From Macrostomum lignano (Eukaryota): 55,845 nucleotides of DNA. The stretch is taken from positions 1 to 55,845 of the forward strand of contig NIVC01004193.1 in NCBI GenBank assembly GCA_002269645.1, read 5' to 3'. Under the pieces are notes generated by a model. It was not told where the DNA came from, made no database searches, and saw only the letters and a program-made list of their open reading frames with translations. Position 1 is the stretch's first letter; every line of letters starts with the position of its first letter. Of this stretch, positions 38,501 to 50,511 are shown piece by piece. The translations under genes and the position numbers were made by a program.

Positions 38501-39778
38501 AATAATTGGAAGCACGGATAATAAGACCTCTATACTCTGGTAGTATGGCTCGTACCCAGTGGGTCTTCTGTTAGCTGGACTTTTTGGCAGCATAGCCTCT
38601 AGCAGGTACTCAACAATGTTGCCAGGCGGGAACACAAGCATTACCATGGCTCCGGCTACGTGATTGCCCCGCCTACCAGCGGCGGAAGCCACTTGTTGCC
38701 TGCAGACCAGAGCGCAAAATGCCAGTATCACATTGAAGACTATCATCACTAGTAAAGTTACAAAATATGAGCCCACAATCGTTGTTACAAGCAGTCCCAG
38801 CGAGGCTAGAAGTACGAAAAAGCACAGCAGAGTAAGAAATGATTTGAACAGGCCTTCAGGAGAGAAGAAGCCGGGACACTGTATGCCGTACGAGATAACA
38901 AATAGGGCAGACATAGTGAGCAATTCAGCTAAGGTGATAAGCCATACAACAATCCAGTAGGCAGCTACAGAGAGTCCATTGCAGAACATCAGCTGCAGGA
39001 AGCCATTTTCCTTGAGCCCGGCGACTCCTGACAGTGTGCTGACAGTGAAGTAGAGCGTCATTGCTGATGCCACCACCAGAAGGTGCAACATAAAGTAACG
39101 AGGAAAATAGTCGAAAAATGCGCCACTGTTTTTCGCCGATCGCGTGCACAACGAATCCGGAGCGTCGATTTTTGCTTTCAACCATTCTCGTTTCATTGTT
39201 TCACTCTCGAATCGGTCATACAGCTTGATAAAATTAACATCTTTGAACACTGAGGCGGCGGTGGCGCCACCTGAATCCATGGACTGATGCATCAGGTGAA
39301 ACAGATAGGAACAGATTAGATCTGATCTAGAGCCGTCCAAACAATAAAACTCGGTAACTCGCCTCTCAAACTTCATGAATGCTCGAGTCGCATCGGACAG
39401 CGAGACTATTGACTCCATAAAGTCGATCTGGCACGCTTCTGTTTCGCCGCACCTTGTCAACCAGCTGCTGCCGCTTTTTACTCCTCTGTTTTGCGCGATT
39501 GCTTTTAATGTACCTGCTTCGATGGCTGCTTGCCTGGCAATGAGCACCTTCCAATTGGCCGCTTCAGCAGCTGACAACGACTTGACGCTTGGCCCCGACA
39601 CCGTGTCTGGATTCTTTTTTTCCAATCTCTGCATTATCAGAAAGTTTAAAAATAGAGTTGGTATTAGTAGGATCCAGAAGAGGAACTTCCATAATTTTAG
39701 CCTGAGCATGAGCCGCAACAGATGGATTGCTTGGCTGAATGTAGAACTGGAGTCGTCGGCAGCCTTCTCGTCGGACAT
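32504..39778 (-). CDS. ABCA-subfamily full transporter (ABCA5/6-like), paralog 2, 3 exons (39778-38242, 38144-35021, 32804-32504), 1653 aa
   Basis: Same motifs and the same two intron positions and phases as paralog 1. Exons total 4962 nt in frame. Intron 2 is expanded to 2216 nt. Confidence 0.92.
32908..33260 (+). mobile_element. Partial MITE of the 40446-40992 family inside ABCA paralog 2 intron 2
   Basis: Begins GGGAGCACGAGAATTGTCCGC. Shares ATGCAGTTACTATCCAAA...GTAAATCTC and AATGCGCTGCAG.AAAAA..AGCATTGC.GGCAA.CCTCGGCG with 40727-40860. The right TIR was not found. Confidence 0.7.
33262..34816. repeat. 42-bp tandem array (CGGAGATGGTTTGGGAGACAGGTTTTACCGAAAWATGCACTT), about 37 copies, intronic
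   Basis: Very homogeneous 42-nt period, generating the 14-aa periodic ORFs on both strands. Confidence 0.97.
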
Positions 39779-40445
39779 GGCTTAAATAGCCAGAATAGAG
39801 GCTATTCTAACAAAACCGACACGGAAAATTACAATAGCAAAACAAAATTTTAATATAAAACTATTTTTGACGGCTGTCTATGACCTAACTCATATAGTTT
39901 CGTAATTTAATGAGTAATTAAATTAATTCAATTTAATTGAGTAATTAATTCTGATTTTGTAGCTGTGGTAGCTGTGGTAGTCTATATTTATCGACTAGCT
40001 GAAATTGTTCCTGACGGAGTTATGACATGCCGGTACTCTCTAGGTATAACGCTTCAAAAGGACCTAATTAAGCCCAACAAGGACCCACCGAGTGCTCAAT
40101 AATACTCAGCTCTTTTGTCCAGATAGTCTTAAATGTGCATCATTTTATATGCACTATGTACACGTTAGAGCTATCCAATAAAAGATTTTTAGTTCAATTG
40201 TGAGCTCTCTATAGAATGGATCGAAGCTCTTAAAAAGAAAGCAGCGTTAATACTGCCATGGCTTTATTATAGATAAAAATATGTACTTTTCGATAATTTG
40301 GGGATCCTTTACAATACAATAAAGCAAATACGCTAAGCATTAAACTTTTTTAAACTACTGATACATGATTAGCGATTAAAAGCGAAGTTCAAAAAATGAG
40401 AGTAACTTATATTGGCTGGTTCATAGAAGTCAATATAAATAAATA

Positions 40446-40992
40446 GGGTCCATGAGAATTGTCCGCGAGCGAATTACCCGCTAAGTTTTTCCCGCCGAGG
40501 TTCGTCTGCAATGCTTTTTTCCTGCAGCGCATTTTGCCACGCGTCAGATTCTGTCTGCATTTCCCCCTCAATGCTTACTCTTGAAGAATTGAAGTTTTAA
40601 CAAAGAGATTGAGGAGACAAATTAGCGACATGGCATATGCATGAATTAATAGCTCACATGTACCCCTGTGCGGTTATGTATATAGAAAATAGAAATGAAA
40701 AAGCCTACGAAGAAAAAACATTTTACATGCAGTTACTATCCAAATATTTAGATCAGGTAAATCTCGTTATTAAGACTGACGAATCCGAAGAATCTGACGC
40801 GTGACAAATTAATGCGCTGCAGGAAAAATTAAGCATTGCGGGCAACCTCGGCGGGAAAAAACTCGACGGGCAATTCGCTAGCGGGCAAAAATGCACTACA
40901 CGGGCAAATCTCAGCGGGCAAGTCTCGACGGGCAAATCTCCTGTGGGCGAATCTTGGCGGGCAAATTGTCTGCGGGCGATTCTCGTGCTCCC
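40446..40992. mobile_element. Mutator-like MITE, about 547 bp, with long imperfect inverted arms
   Basis: Termini GGG....GAGAATTGTCCGC and GCGGGCGATTCTCGTGCTCCC. Arms 40470-40535 and 40812-40885 are inverted. Flanks AAATAAATA and AAATAAATG match at 8 of 9 positions. CGGGCAAAT subterminal repeats. Confidence 0.7.
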
Positions 40993-42308
40993 AAATAAAT
41001 GGCTTAGAACATTTCCGGATGTTTTAGTTGGTTATAGTCTAACAATGTATACAGTAATTTTCTATATTTTCTAAATTAAAATATAAAAAGTTACTTCTTT
41101 TAAAGCTTGTTAAAAAACTTTAAGTCGGAAAGCAACATAATTAAAGCAACATACTATCGCAGTAAAAGACATCATAATTTGAATTTGTTCGCCATGTCCG
41201 GTCCCGATTGAGCTATGGCCGACACGGGGTCTACACTTTGCCTTTGCTCGTGTGCATACAAATTGTATTTTTTAATCCAAATTCCCTTTTCGTTGCCTCT
41301 TACCAAAAGAAATTTAACAGCATTCTAAATACAAACATAACTTTTGTCTCATTAAGAACTTCAGAAAAAATATTTTGTAATGATTTATCACCTGCTGTAT
41401 GTCTAAGTATGTTAGCAGTTATGAGTCATTTGTTTAGATATCTAGTTTTTATAGAGCACTTGAACTTCTTATACTGGTATCAACATTGGTATCCGTTTGG
41501 TTGCTATTTATGGCTCGTATAAGTCAATTCATCTAGAACCCTATTTATTTGACATACTACAATAAATAGGGCTAAACTTTCCTTTTAATAAAATTGCTTG
41601 CCTATACACAGTTTGAAGCTATTTTATTTTATGAACTATTTTTATTGCACTTTATACAATTAAATTTCAGTATTTACAAAGACAGACTTTTTTATTTGCA
41701 TCCTATCTTTGTTGTATTGACTGAATCAGATTTATGCAAAAAAGTAGAAATACTTTTTATTTTACAATGCTAATACAGACTAAATATATTACACTGAAAA
41801 TTTTCTTCAATTTCATTGCCATAGCAATCCATTTAGCAATAAGGTAATTAATATAATAAAGATTTGTTTATCTATAAAGTATTATAAAACTGCCTTAAGT
41901 TTTCATATAACTATTTCATACATTAACAGTAGAACTACCAAGGGGGGGGGAAAAATTTCCCCCCCCCCCTGACAAATTTTTTTGCTGCGCCGGAACGGAG
42001 CAACGCAGACACACAAAATTCAAGAACACGGGCTAACTTTTTGTTGCGCACCTTCTCAAACAAGAATCAAGTCGCCAGCCCTCCGGACCGTCGAGATATT
42101 CGACGATTCTGCCAGAAGGTCGGATTTTTCCCATAAGCGCTAGTGTATTCAGTACACCCCTGTGCGCCAATCAGCACTGCGCCTCAGTGCAGCCTTGCCA
42201 AGTCTCCAAATTTCATCAGCACGTCGACCACATGTGTCTGCATCAGCTCTGACTTCGTTGGTCACTAGCCTTCACCCAGGCGGAGCTTCTGGACCTTCAA
42301 CAGGTGGC

Positions 42309-43075
42309 ACCAAGTGACTATGGACACTCTGATACGAATTTCTCGAGTTTCGCTGATCAAGCCTCGACAGTGGGCATACCTCAACTGCTAGGTATCCTCA
42401 GCTAGTCTCTCGAGCCTTCCATCATCACCCCGACGCCGTCGGCACCTTCAACGGATTACACCAGGTGACTATGAACACCCTGATGCAAATTTCTCTAGTT
42501 TCGCTGATCAAGCCTTGCCAATGGGCAAGCCTCAACCGCGAAACATCTTCAGCTAGTCTCTCAAGCATTCAGTCATCACCCCGACGCCGTCGGCACCTTC
42601 AACAGATGACACCAGGCGACTATGAACACCTTGATGCGAATTTCTCTAGTTTCGCTGATCAAGCCTCGACAGTGAGCAAGCCTCAACTTCTGGACACCCT
42701 CAGCTAATCTCTCAAGCATTCAGTCATCACTCGGACGCCGTCGGCACCTTCAACAGATGACACCAGGCGACTATGAACACCTTGATGCGAACTTCTCGAG
42801 TTTCACCGATCAAGCCTCGACAGTAGGCAAGCCTAAACTGCCGGACACCCTCAGCTAGTCTCTCAAGCATTCCGTCATCATCCCGACGTCGTCGGCTCCT
42901 TCAACAGATTACACCAGCTGACTATGGACAGCCTGATAATAATTTCTCTAATTTCGCTGATCAAGCCTCGATAGTGGGCAAAAATCAACTGCTGGACATC
43001 CTCAGCTAGTCAGTCAAGCATTCCGTCATCACCCCGACGCCGTCGGCACCTTCAACAGGTGGCACCAGGGGAGTA
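42309..43075 (+). repeat. 151-bp tandem repeat x5 in the left foldback arm
   Basis: The ACCAG/ACCAA anchor recurs at 42309, 42460, 42611, 42762, 42913 and 43064. Confidence 0.9.
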
Positions 43076-43389
43076 ATGACACGTGAGCGTGATTTTTCAT
43101 CATGCTCTTAACATTTCTGAATCATTAAAAAATGAAAAAACCGACTGAATTTACTGGCTTTTTAAAAGCATAACCCTTTCTGCATTGGGTTCAATATTAT
43201 AGCTGAATAAACTAAGCAGCTTTTCGAATAAAATATGTATGTAGCTCGTATGCATAAAAGTATGTGTAATAATAATATAAATATACAGCAACATGAGTTC
43301 AAGCATAACTATAGCAATTTCCGTGCTTGAAAAATTTTGAGAGCTTCAGAAATGTTAAGAGCATGATGAAAAATCACGCTCAGGTGTCC

Positions 43390-44305
43390 TTACTCCCCTG
43401 GTGTCATCTGTTGAAAGAGCCGACGGCGTCCGGATGATGACGGAATGCTTGAGAGACTAGCTGAGGATGTCCAGCAGTTGAGGTTTGCCCAATATTGAAG
43501 CTTGATCAGAAAACCTGACATATTTGCAATAGGATGTTCATAGTCACCTGTTGTAATCTGTTGAAGGAGCCGACGGCGTCCGGATGATGACGGAATGCTT
43601 GAGAGACTAGCTGAGGATGTCCAGCAGTTGAGGTTTGCCCAATATTGAAGCTTGATCAGAAAAACCTGACATATTTGCAATAGGATGTTCATAGTCACCT
43701 GTTGTAATCTGTTGAAGGAGCCGACGACGTCGGGATGATGACGGAATGCTTGAGAGACTAGCTGAGGGTGTCCGGCAGTTTAGGCTTGCCTACTGTCGAG
43801 GCTTGATCGGTGAAACTCGAGAAGTTCGCATCAAGGTGTTCATAGTCGCCTGGTGTCATCTGTTGAAGGTGCCGACGGCGTCCGAGTGATGACTGAATGC
43901 TTGAGAGATTAGCTGAGGGTGTCCAGAAGTTGAGGCTTGCTCACTGTCGAGGCTTGATCAGCGAAACTAGAGAAATTCGCATCAAGGTGTTCATAGTCGC
44001 CTGGTGTCATCTGTTGAAGGTGCCGACGGCGTCGGGGTGATGACTGAATGCTTGAGAGACTAGCTGAAGATGTTTCGCGGTTGAGGCTTGCCCATTGGCA
44101 AGGCTTGATCAGCGAAACTAGAGAAATTTGCATCAGGGTGTTCATAGTCACCTGGTGTAATCCGTTGAAGGTGCCGACGGCGTCGGGGTGATGATGGAAG
44201 GCTCGAGAGACTAGCTGAGGATACCTAGCAGTTGAGGTATGCCCACTGTCGAGGCTTGATCAGCGAAACTCGAGAAATTCGTATCAGAGTGTCCATAGTC
44301 ACTTG
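43390..44305 (-). repeat. 151-bp tandem repeat x6 in the right foldback arm
   Basis: The reverse-complement anchor recurs at about 43398, 43547, 43698, 43849, 44000, 44151 and 44302. Confidence 0.9.
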
Positions 44306-44911
44306 GTGCCACCTGTTGAAGGTCCAGAAGCTCCGCCTGGGTGAAGGCTAGTGACCAACGAAGTCAGAGCTGATGCAGACACATGTGGTCGACGTGCTGA
44401 TGAAATTTGGAGACTTGGCAAGGCTGCACTGAGGCGCAGTGCTGATTGGCGCACAGGGGTGTACTGAATACACTAGCGCTTATGGGAAAAATCCGACCTT
44501 CTGGCAGAATCGTCGAATATCTCGACGGTCCGGAGGGCTGGCGACTTGATTCTTGTTTGAGAAGGTGCGCAACAAAAAGTTAGCCCGTGTTCTTGAATTT
44601 TGTGTGTCTGCGTTGCTCCGTTCCGGCGCAGCAAAAAAATTTGTCAGGGGGGGGGAAATTTTCCCCCCCCCTTGGTAGTTCGACGGGCGGAAAAATGGCT
44701 TGGTATTCCTACTGTTAATGCAGATAATTTTTATAAATACTGAACAAATATAAATCCATTAACCTATATATTAGCTTGCAATTAAAGGATACCTATGAGT
44801 AAGAATATGCTTTTACCTTTTTATATATACATGTACCTTATTAATGCAATAGTATGCCATAAAGTAGATACTGTTTTAACACTTTTTAAAACTATCACCA
44901 ACAGACTCAAA

Positions 44912-47548
44912 ATGTTGACGAAAACATTGTTAATACTTGCGGCTGTGACAACAATAGCATTGGCTGGTCAAGAGATGCCTCGCTTTGACTACTCAATATC
45001 AAGAAAGATCATGCTCACCTGGGATGACCGCTGGGAGGTGGGCGGTTCTAACATGCTCGCCATCCTTAGCAAAGACAAGAAGATCATCATTCGAGTGAAG
45101 GTTTCCGGTGACACTGGTGGCGGTATGAAGCGAATGCTCTTCTACAAGTGTCCAAAAAACTCCGTAGAAGAAAGCATCGATCTCAGCTCACTGGCCACCA
45201 CATCGACCACAGACAGGTGCTCGAGCACCATCTCCTTCCAGGTGTCGGCACTAAAATCGGTAGACGACACGGACTTCCAGCTTGCGATGGGGTCTTCAAA
45301 GCTGAGCTACACAGAGGTGTTCCGAGAACGCATCGAGTTCTTTATAAAAATTGAATATGCGACTGGAGAATTAGTGTCCAACCGGCTGTTTGTCTGGAGT
45401 TTGGACGCAATCAGCAGCTTCAGCTCGGCATCAACGAGCACCTCTTACAAAAAGAGGTTCCTAACCGATGCAGCCGTGAATTACATGAAAAAAACGTCCA
45501 CGGCTACCTCTGGATTCGACAGTATACAGTTTCTAGAGCCGGCAATCAGCCGAGTTCTCAAGGAGGCTCCCGACTTTTTCAAGGCGAAGATGAACCTCGG
45601 CTCAATTCTGTACTTTGATGCTGGCTCCTGCTTGACATTCCAAATGGGAAAGTCCATCATGTTTGTGAACTATAATTCCAAGCTCGATGACGATAACCAG
45701 AACTTCCAGAAGCTCATGAAACTAAACATTGATGATGGAAAGCTGTGGTACTCTGCTTGCGGACTCAGAAATGAAGTCAAACGATTTTATGATGAGAAAA
45801 AGCCTGCAACATCTATTGGAATCTGTTCGATTGTGTCGTTCTCAGGTGAAGTTGAACCGTACCAAAACACCGAAGCAGTGGAGCAGCGAGTTCCAATTAG
45901 CGATACCTCCTACTCCACCTGTGTCTCGTCTGACAAGGCCTGCGAAGTGGTCCCTGGCATCAGTCCGAACGTGACTATCTTGTCTGGCATGGACTTTACA
46001 GCCATCGTGTGCCCGATCATCTGCAACGATAAAACGGAGGTGTTTCGCTTCTACCGCAACGACGTTCAGATGGTCGGGTCTGGAGATGAATGGACCTACG
46101 TGGACGGCTTACGAATTTCTAGGACAGGGAACATTGTCGAGTTTCCGCACACACTGAGTAACCGTCACTCAGGTGTCTACAGGTGCGAAGCCGGGTCAAA
46201 GAGCTTTAGCTTCAAAGTGAAGGTAATCTCTCTTCCGCAGTTCCAGACTGAGACCTTCGTCTCCGACAGTCACGCCAAGATTACAGGTCTGTTGCCACCA
46301 AAAGTGTACGCCATCGAGGACGAGTACGTTTCCTACAGCTGCATCGTAAACTTTGCCAGTCTAGAAACCGTCAAGATCGAGCCAGTGTTCTATTTTGTAG
46401 AGACGGTCGGAGGGTCCCAATCTTGGACAAAGATGACCCTTGACGAGTTCCGATCCAAGGTCAACACAGATGGTGCCGACTTCTTCCTGAACGCGACTTC
46501 GGCAGGAAAAGACTCAAAGCGCTTGACTGCAACGGTTCGCCGTGTTCCGCCAGTGTACACAACGTACGGCACAAACTTCTCTCACAGATTTGTGTGCGAC
46601 GTGTCCATCGATCGCTCCGAGTCTATGATGGTCGGAATGCCGACCTACAAAGTTCAGAGCGGCGGTGACGTCGTGTTCATTCCGAGACTCACTCGCAAAC
46701 AGTTCGTGCTCAACCCGAACAACAACTGCTCAGTGCAGGGCTGCGGATTCAGCAAGGGTGCGTTTTTCGAGTTCAGTCTCACGGACGAGTTCATGGCCTA
46801 CCTGACGAGAGTCGGAGTGGATGTCGAATCCTACCTTCGACTGGACAATGACCTGCTCGACAATGTCAAGATTCTGTTCAACAACGCGTCGGAGATCTCG
46901 ACGACGAATGCGCCGCAGCGACTCGCTTACAAAATCTACCCCGTGAGCAGCCCGGATGTGGCGAAGGAGCTCGTGAAGAGGAAGCGACTCATTCCGGTGT
47001 ACAACTTCCGCTATCGGACTGGCTCGAACATCGCCAACCTGAAGCTGGACAAGGAGCGTCACGGAGAACCGATCGCCGCGCTGGGTCAGTGGGACTGTCG
47101 GCAGGACAGCCTGTGCTTCTACTCGACCGACTTCGACATCGGATCATCCTTGTCGTTCCTTCCGGTGTCGCTCAACTTCAAAATGCCTACAGAGCCGGAA
47201 CCAGCCGCAGCCAATTCAATCATCATCGGCGTTGTGATTGGAATAATCTGTCTTATTGTCGTCATCATACTTATCGTTTACTGGGTCAGGCGCCAGCCTG
47301 AACGCGCTTATCTAGTTGAAGAGAAAGAGATCCAATTGGGCCACAACCCTAAGGAGGAGGCCAAGGCCGAAGTCTTCAAGGAGTATCAGCGGGTGCCAAA
47401 TCAGGCCGGAGACGAGGATGGCGCTGCTGTTGTTCCTCTGCAGGGCAACCGGATGTCGCTCGGCTCCAGCCTCTCTGTAGCTAGCGGCGACGATAAGGAA
47501 CTGGACCAATATAAGGACGATATTGATTTCAGTAAGTATCTGGTATGA
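44912..47548 (+). CDS. Single-exon type I membrane protein with Ig-like domains and an L1CAM/neuroglian-like cytoplasmic tail, 878 aa
   Basis: Signal peptide MLTKTLLILAAVTTIALAG; Ig motif AIVC...HSGVYRCEA and a second C...C pair; TM IIIGVVIGIICLIVVIILIVYWV followed by RRQ; tail AYLVEEKEIQLG...FKEY; C-terminus YLV. Confidence 0.85.
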   Translation: MLTKTLLILAAVTTIALAGQEMPRFDYSISRKIMLTWDDRWEVGGSNMLAILSKDKKIIIRVKVSGDTGGGMKRMLFYKCPKNSVEESIDLSSLATTSTTDRCSSTISFQVSALKSVDDTDFQLAMGSSKLSYTEVFRERIEFFIKIEYATGELVSNRLFVWSLDAISSFSSASTSTSYKKRFLTDAAVNYMKKTSTATSGFDSIQFLEPAISRVLKEAPDFFKAKMNLGSILYFDAGSCLTFQMGKSIMFVNYNSKLDDDNQNFQKLMKLNIDDGKLWYSACGLRNEVKRFYDEKKPATSIGICSIVSFSGEVEPYQNTEAVEQRVPISDTSYSTCVSSDKACEVVPGISPNVTILSGMDFTAIVCPIICNDKTEVFRFYRNDVQMVGSGDEWTYVDGLRISRTGNIVEFPHTLSNRHSGVYRCEAGSKSFSFKVKVISLPQFQTETFVSDSHAKITGLLPPKVYAIEDEYVSYSCIVNFASLETVKIEPVFYFVETVGGSQSWTKMTLDEFRSKVNTDGADFFLNATSAGKDSKRLTATVRRVPPVYTTYGTNFSHRFVCDVSIDRSESMMVGMPTYKVQSGGDVVFIPRLTRKQFVLNPNNNCSVQGCGFSKGAFFEFSLTDEFMAYLTRVGVDVESYLRLDNDLLDNVKILFNNASEISTTNAPQRLAYKIYPVSSPDVAKELVKRKRLIPVYNFRYRTGSNIANLKLDKERHGEPIAALGQWDCRQDSLCFYSTDFDIGSSLSFLPVSLNFKMPTEPEPAAANSIIIGVVIGIICLIVVIILIVYWVRRQPERAYLVEEKEIQLGHNPKEEAKAEVFKEYQRVPNQAGDEDGAAVVPLQGNRMSLGSSLSVASGDDKELDQYKDDIDFSKYLV

Positions 47549-50511
47549 TTTTCTTGAGTGTAGTATTAGTCACATGCCTTCCAACCCCACCACGATTGCA
47601 CCAATTCACTTTCTATGCGCTCGTAGATTAATCTAGACTAATTTGATCCGAAATTTTGCAGAAGAATTCGGTGAACAGGGCTCGTTTATTGGCGGCTACC
47701 AGAACGATCCGCGCAAAAAGGAAGTATTCGAAGCTGCCGGCGGCAACGAGGCGTCAGTTTAAATGCGCATATATTTTTTAAACTTGTGTTGTGTACAACG
47801 TATATTTTAACTACTTCTTTACATATAGTTTCTGAGCTAGGTAGTTTTAATGAAATCTGTTTAGTGCCTTTTTATTCGATGGAACTTACATGCAGACGGA
47901 AAAAGCATCCGCGACATCGTCCGCGTTCTCTCATTTTCAACTTGCATGTACATTTATCTGATCAATAAGCTTACGGTACACGCATTAGCTCGTAAAGTTG
48001 TGTGCTGTTCACGGTTTTGCTTGTTTTTGATATGCTTTTAGACTTATAAACAGCTTATCATATCGGAGGTTCTTTACGCTTAGAAGCGATTATTATTGTT
48101 TTTAGTTTGTTTCGTGTCATTAATACATGTACTGCTACAAACTCCCCGCCTGCTGTGTTATTGCGTAAAGCAATATTTTTATTTTAATGTAATGCTAGCT
48201 CAATAACAAATGATTAGGTGAAAAATGTCTATATCATGAAATTATAGACTCAAGAAATCAGCCATTAAATATAGGGCCTTAGTTCGAAATATGCTTACGT
48301 TTGGAGCATACCCTTTCTCTCTCAATCTAATTTTAATTTGCGTCTAACTGCGCATTTGTTAGGTAATATGCAGCCAGCTACAATATTCGGCCTTATTTTG
48401 CTTGCATAAATGCCCACGTGCTTTACTGTAGGAACCTATGAGTGATTGCTGTGCCTGAAAATTATAAGCACCAATTTCTTTGCAAACCTTTGTCCCCTGT
48501 TTTTGTGCCACTAAAGTTTATAGCTGCGTAAGGTTTTATAATTCTTTTGTAACTCTTTGATCACCTGGTTGCAAATACTTATAATGTCTAAATTAAGCTG
48601 TCATTCCATCACATTTATTATTGCATAATGAATGTTGGAATGGATATTTTCTGCTTACGGAATAAAATCTTTGAGTATGTGTTCTAATTTTATTTGAATT
48701 TAGATTGAGTCGATTCACTTCAGAGATTCTTAGAAAGCAATTATTGCTATTGCAAGCCAGAAAATTCTCTTTTAGAAGCAAAAGCAGCCAAAGTGGTCTG
48801 AAAATGCGACTAGCTAGCTATCTCTTGCGCAGTTTTTTGGTCTCCAACTGCAGTCTCCAAACGGCCCCTAAAGCTTTGACATCTAAAAATGCCTTTTTTT
48901 CTATTTTCCTGACTCCTTCACGCGCTTTACGAGCCGTAGCTGCGCCATCGTGGCCTTCTCCATTCATGGCAGTTGCTGACAAATACCGAACTCTCATATT
49001 GTATGTCTCAGTGGTTCGGGGGGTTTTTTAGCTTGTGAGGCTTAGCGCTGAGCCATTGCCTGCATGCGGGCGGGTCTCTTTGGCTAGCTAAGCCAGAGCT
49101 TACAGGGTATTGTGCGCCCCAGTCTCGAGACAAGAGAGAAGAAGAATAAGAGAAGTAAAGAAAGGCTAAAAATTCTGCAGCAAAATTTACTGCCTATAGT
49201 CTGAGACTCTGAGTGTGTGCAGTCTGAGTGTGTCTCAGAGAGAGAATCTGGTTTGACGAATTTCAAACCATGCAAACCATGCCCAAGTGAAGCTTTGATT
49301 AATTTCGCTGTTTTGCTACCAATTTTTTTAAATGCCGTTTTTTATAAGTTATATTTTAGCGCCAGAAACTAAATTGTAGCGCCAATTTAGCGCCAATGTC
49401 TGGATTTTGTAGAGCTAAGTTCGTTTCCGTGGCTCTTTGACCACACTGCATGACTTCCCCTAGACCCATAGAGGAGTGCCAGTGCCTGATTGCGATTAAG
49501 CATATTTGAAGTGGGGGGGGGGGCAATTCTCCTCATCTCAATGCCAGAAAGGCAGCTGGAAAGAGACTTTGATCTTGTGATGTTTCGAGCTTGTGAAACG
49601 CTGCTTCTCTTCACTTGCGTTGAGAGCACATTGGAAGAATTTGCAAGTTCTTCTTCGAGTTCACTAACACTTTTTTAGCTTCGTTTTTTATCATGTGCAA
49701 AATATTTCATCAAATATAACTAAAGACATTGTACGGATGCCTATATTTAGGTAGGGTGAAGCTAGCTGCATAGCCCCAATAAGAGCTGCCAGATGTCTAA
49801 CTGTTGGCGTCCCTGATTAGGTAGGTGGTGTCTTTGGGTGCTGAGTCACTACTGTATTTACTTCAGACCTTCCCCCGGCTTTCACCCCATGCAGCAGCAG
49901 AGTTCGCACGAAAGCATAGAATTCGCATCTCCATCGCCGCGCTTCTGCTTCTGACGATTGCCTTTGCTTGCATGTTGTGCGTACTTAATTATATAAGCAA
50001 GACAATTGCTCGTTTGGTCAACCAGACTTGGCTATACTCTCTCCTACCCATGCCTTGCTGTACGACTATTATACCTTACATAAAGCAGCAGCACAATAGA
50101 AGAAAACTGTGAACAGCGTGCCACTGTGCAAGCAACGAGTTTTAACTACAAACCCTCGACGCGAGACTGTTTTTGTGCAGTTCTAGGCAAACAGCTAGAT
50201 GTCTGCATATTGTCTCTAGCTACACATGGTATATAGTCTGCCATTATAAAAGATGACTAAACTCGATCGGCCTAAATATTGGGGCGAAAATTCTGCCTGT
50301 GCCTCTATGCCCATCATATCCTTAATCCCACGGTGCCCTTACATCCACAGCTGCCCTTAATGGCCACAAATGAAATGCGACACATACATGTACATTATTA
50401 GCCACTCTCCACAGCGTGCAGTGGCGGAGACAAATTGACACCATTTCATTTGACTATAGCTGCTAACTTGATTAATTTGATAATTGATTAGTTAATTCAT
50501 TGATCCCTAAC

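Larger units (their letters stand above)
41927..44714. mobile_element. Foldback element, 2788 bp, arms 41927-43121 and 43345-44714, 223-bp AT-rich loop
   Basis: Termini CAGTAG and CTACTG are each flanked by TTAA. About 1 kb of the arms are near-identical reverse complements (ORF 42465-42707 + equals ORF 43909-44151 -). No transposase. Confidence 0.9.

Noticed and set aside
42465-44151. Duplicated 80-aa ORFs (MTMNTLMQ...)
   Set aside because: They derive from 151-bp units that shift frame and contain stops in each copy, within the foldback arms.
44795-44911. 39-aa N-terminal extension of the Ig protein (and 54204-54130 in copy B)
   Set aside because: The signal peptides begin at the downstream Met in both copies, and the upstream sequence is AT-rich and unconserved.
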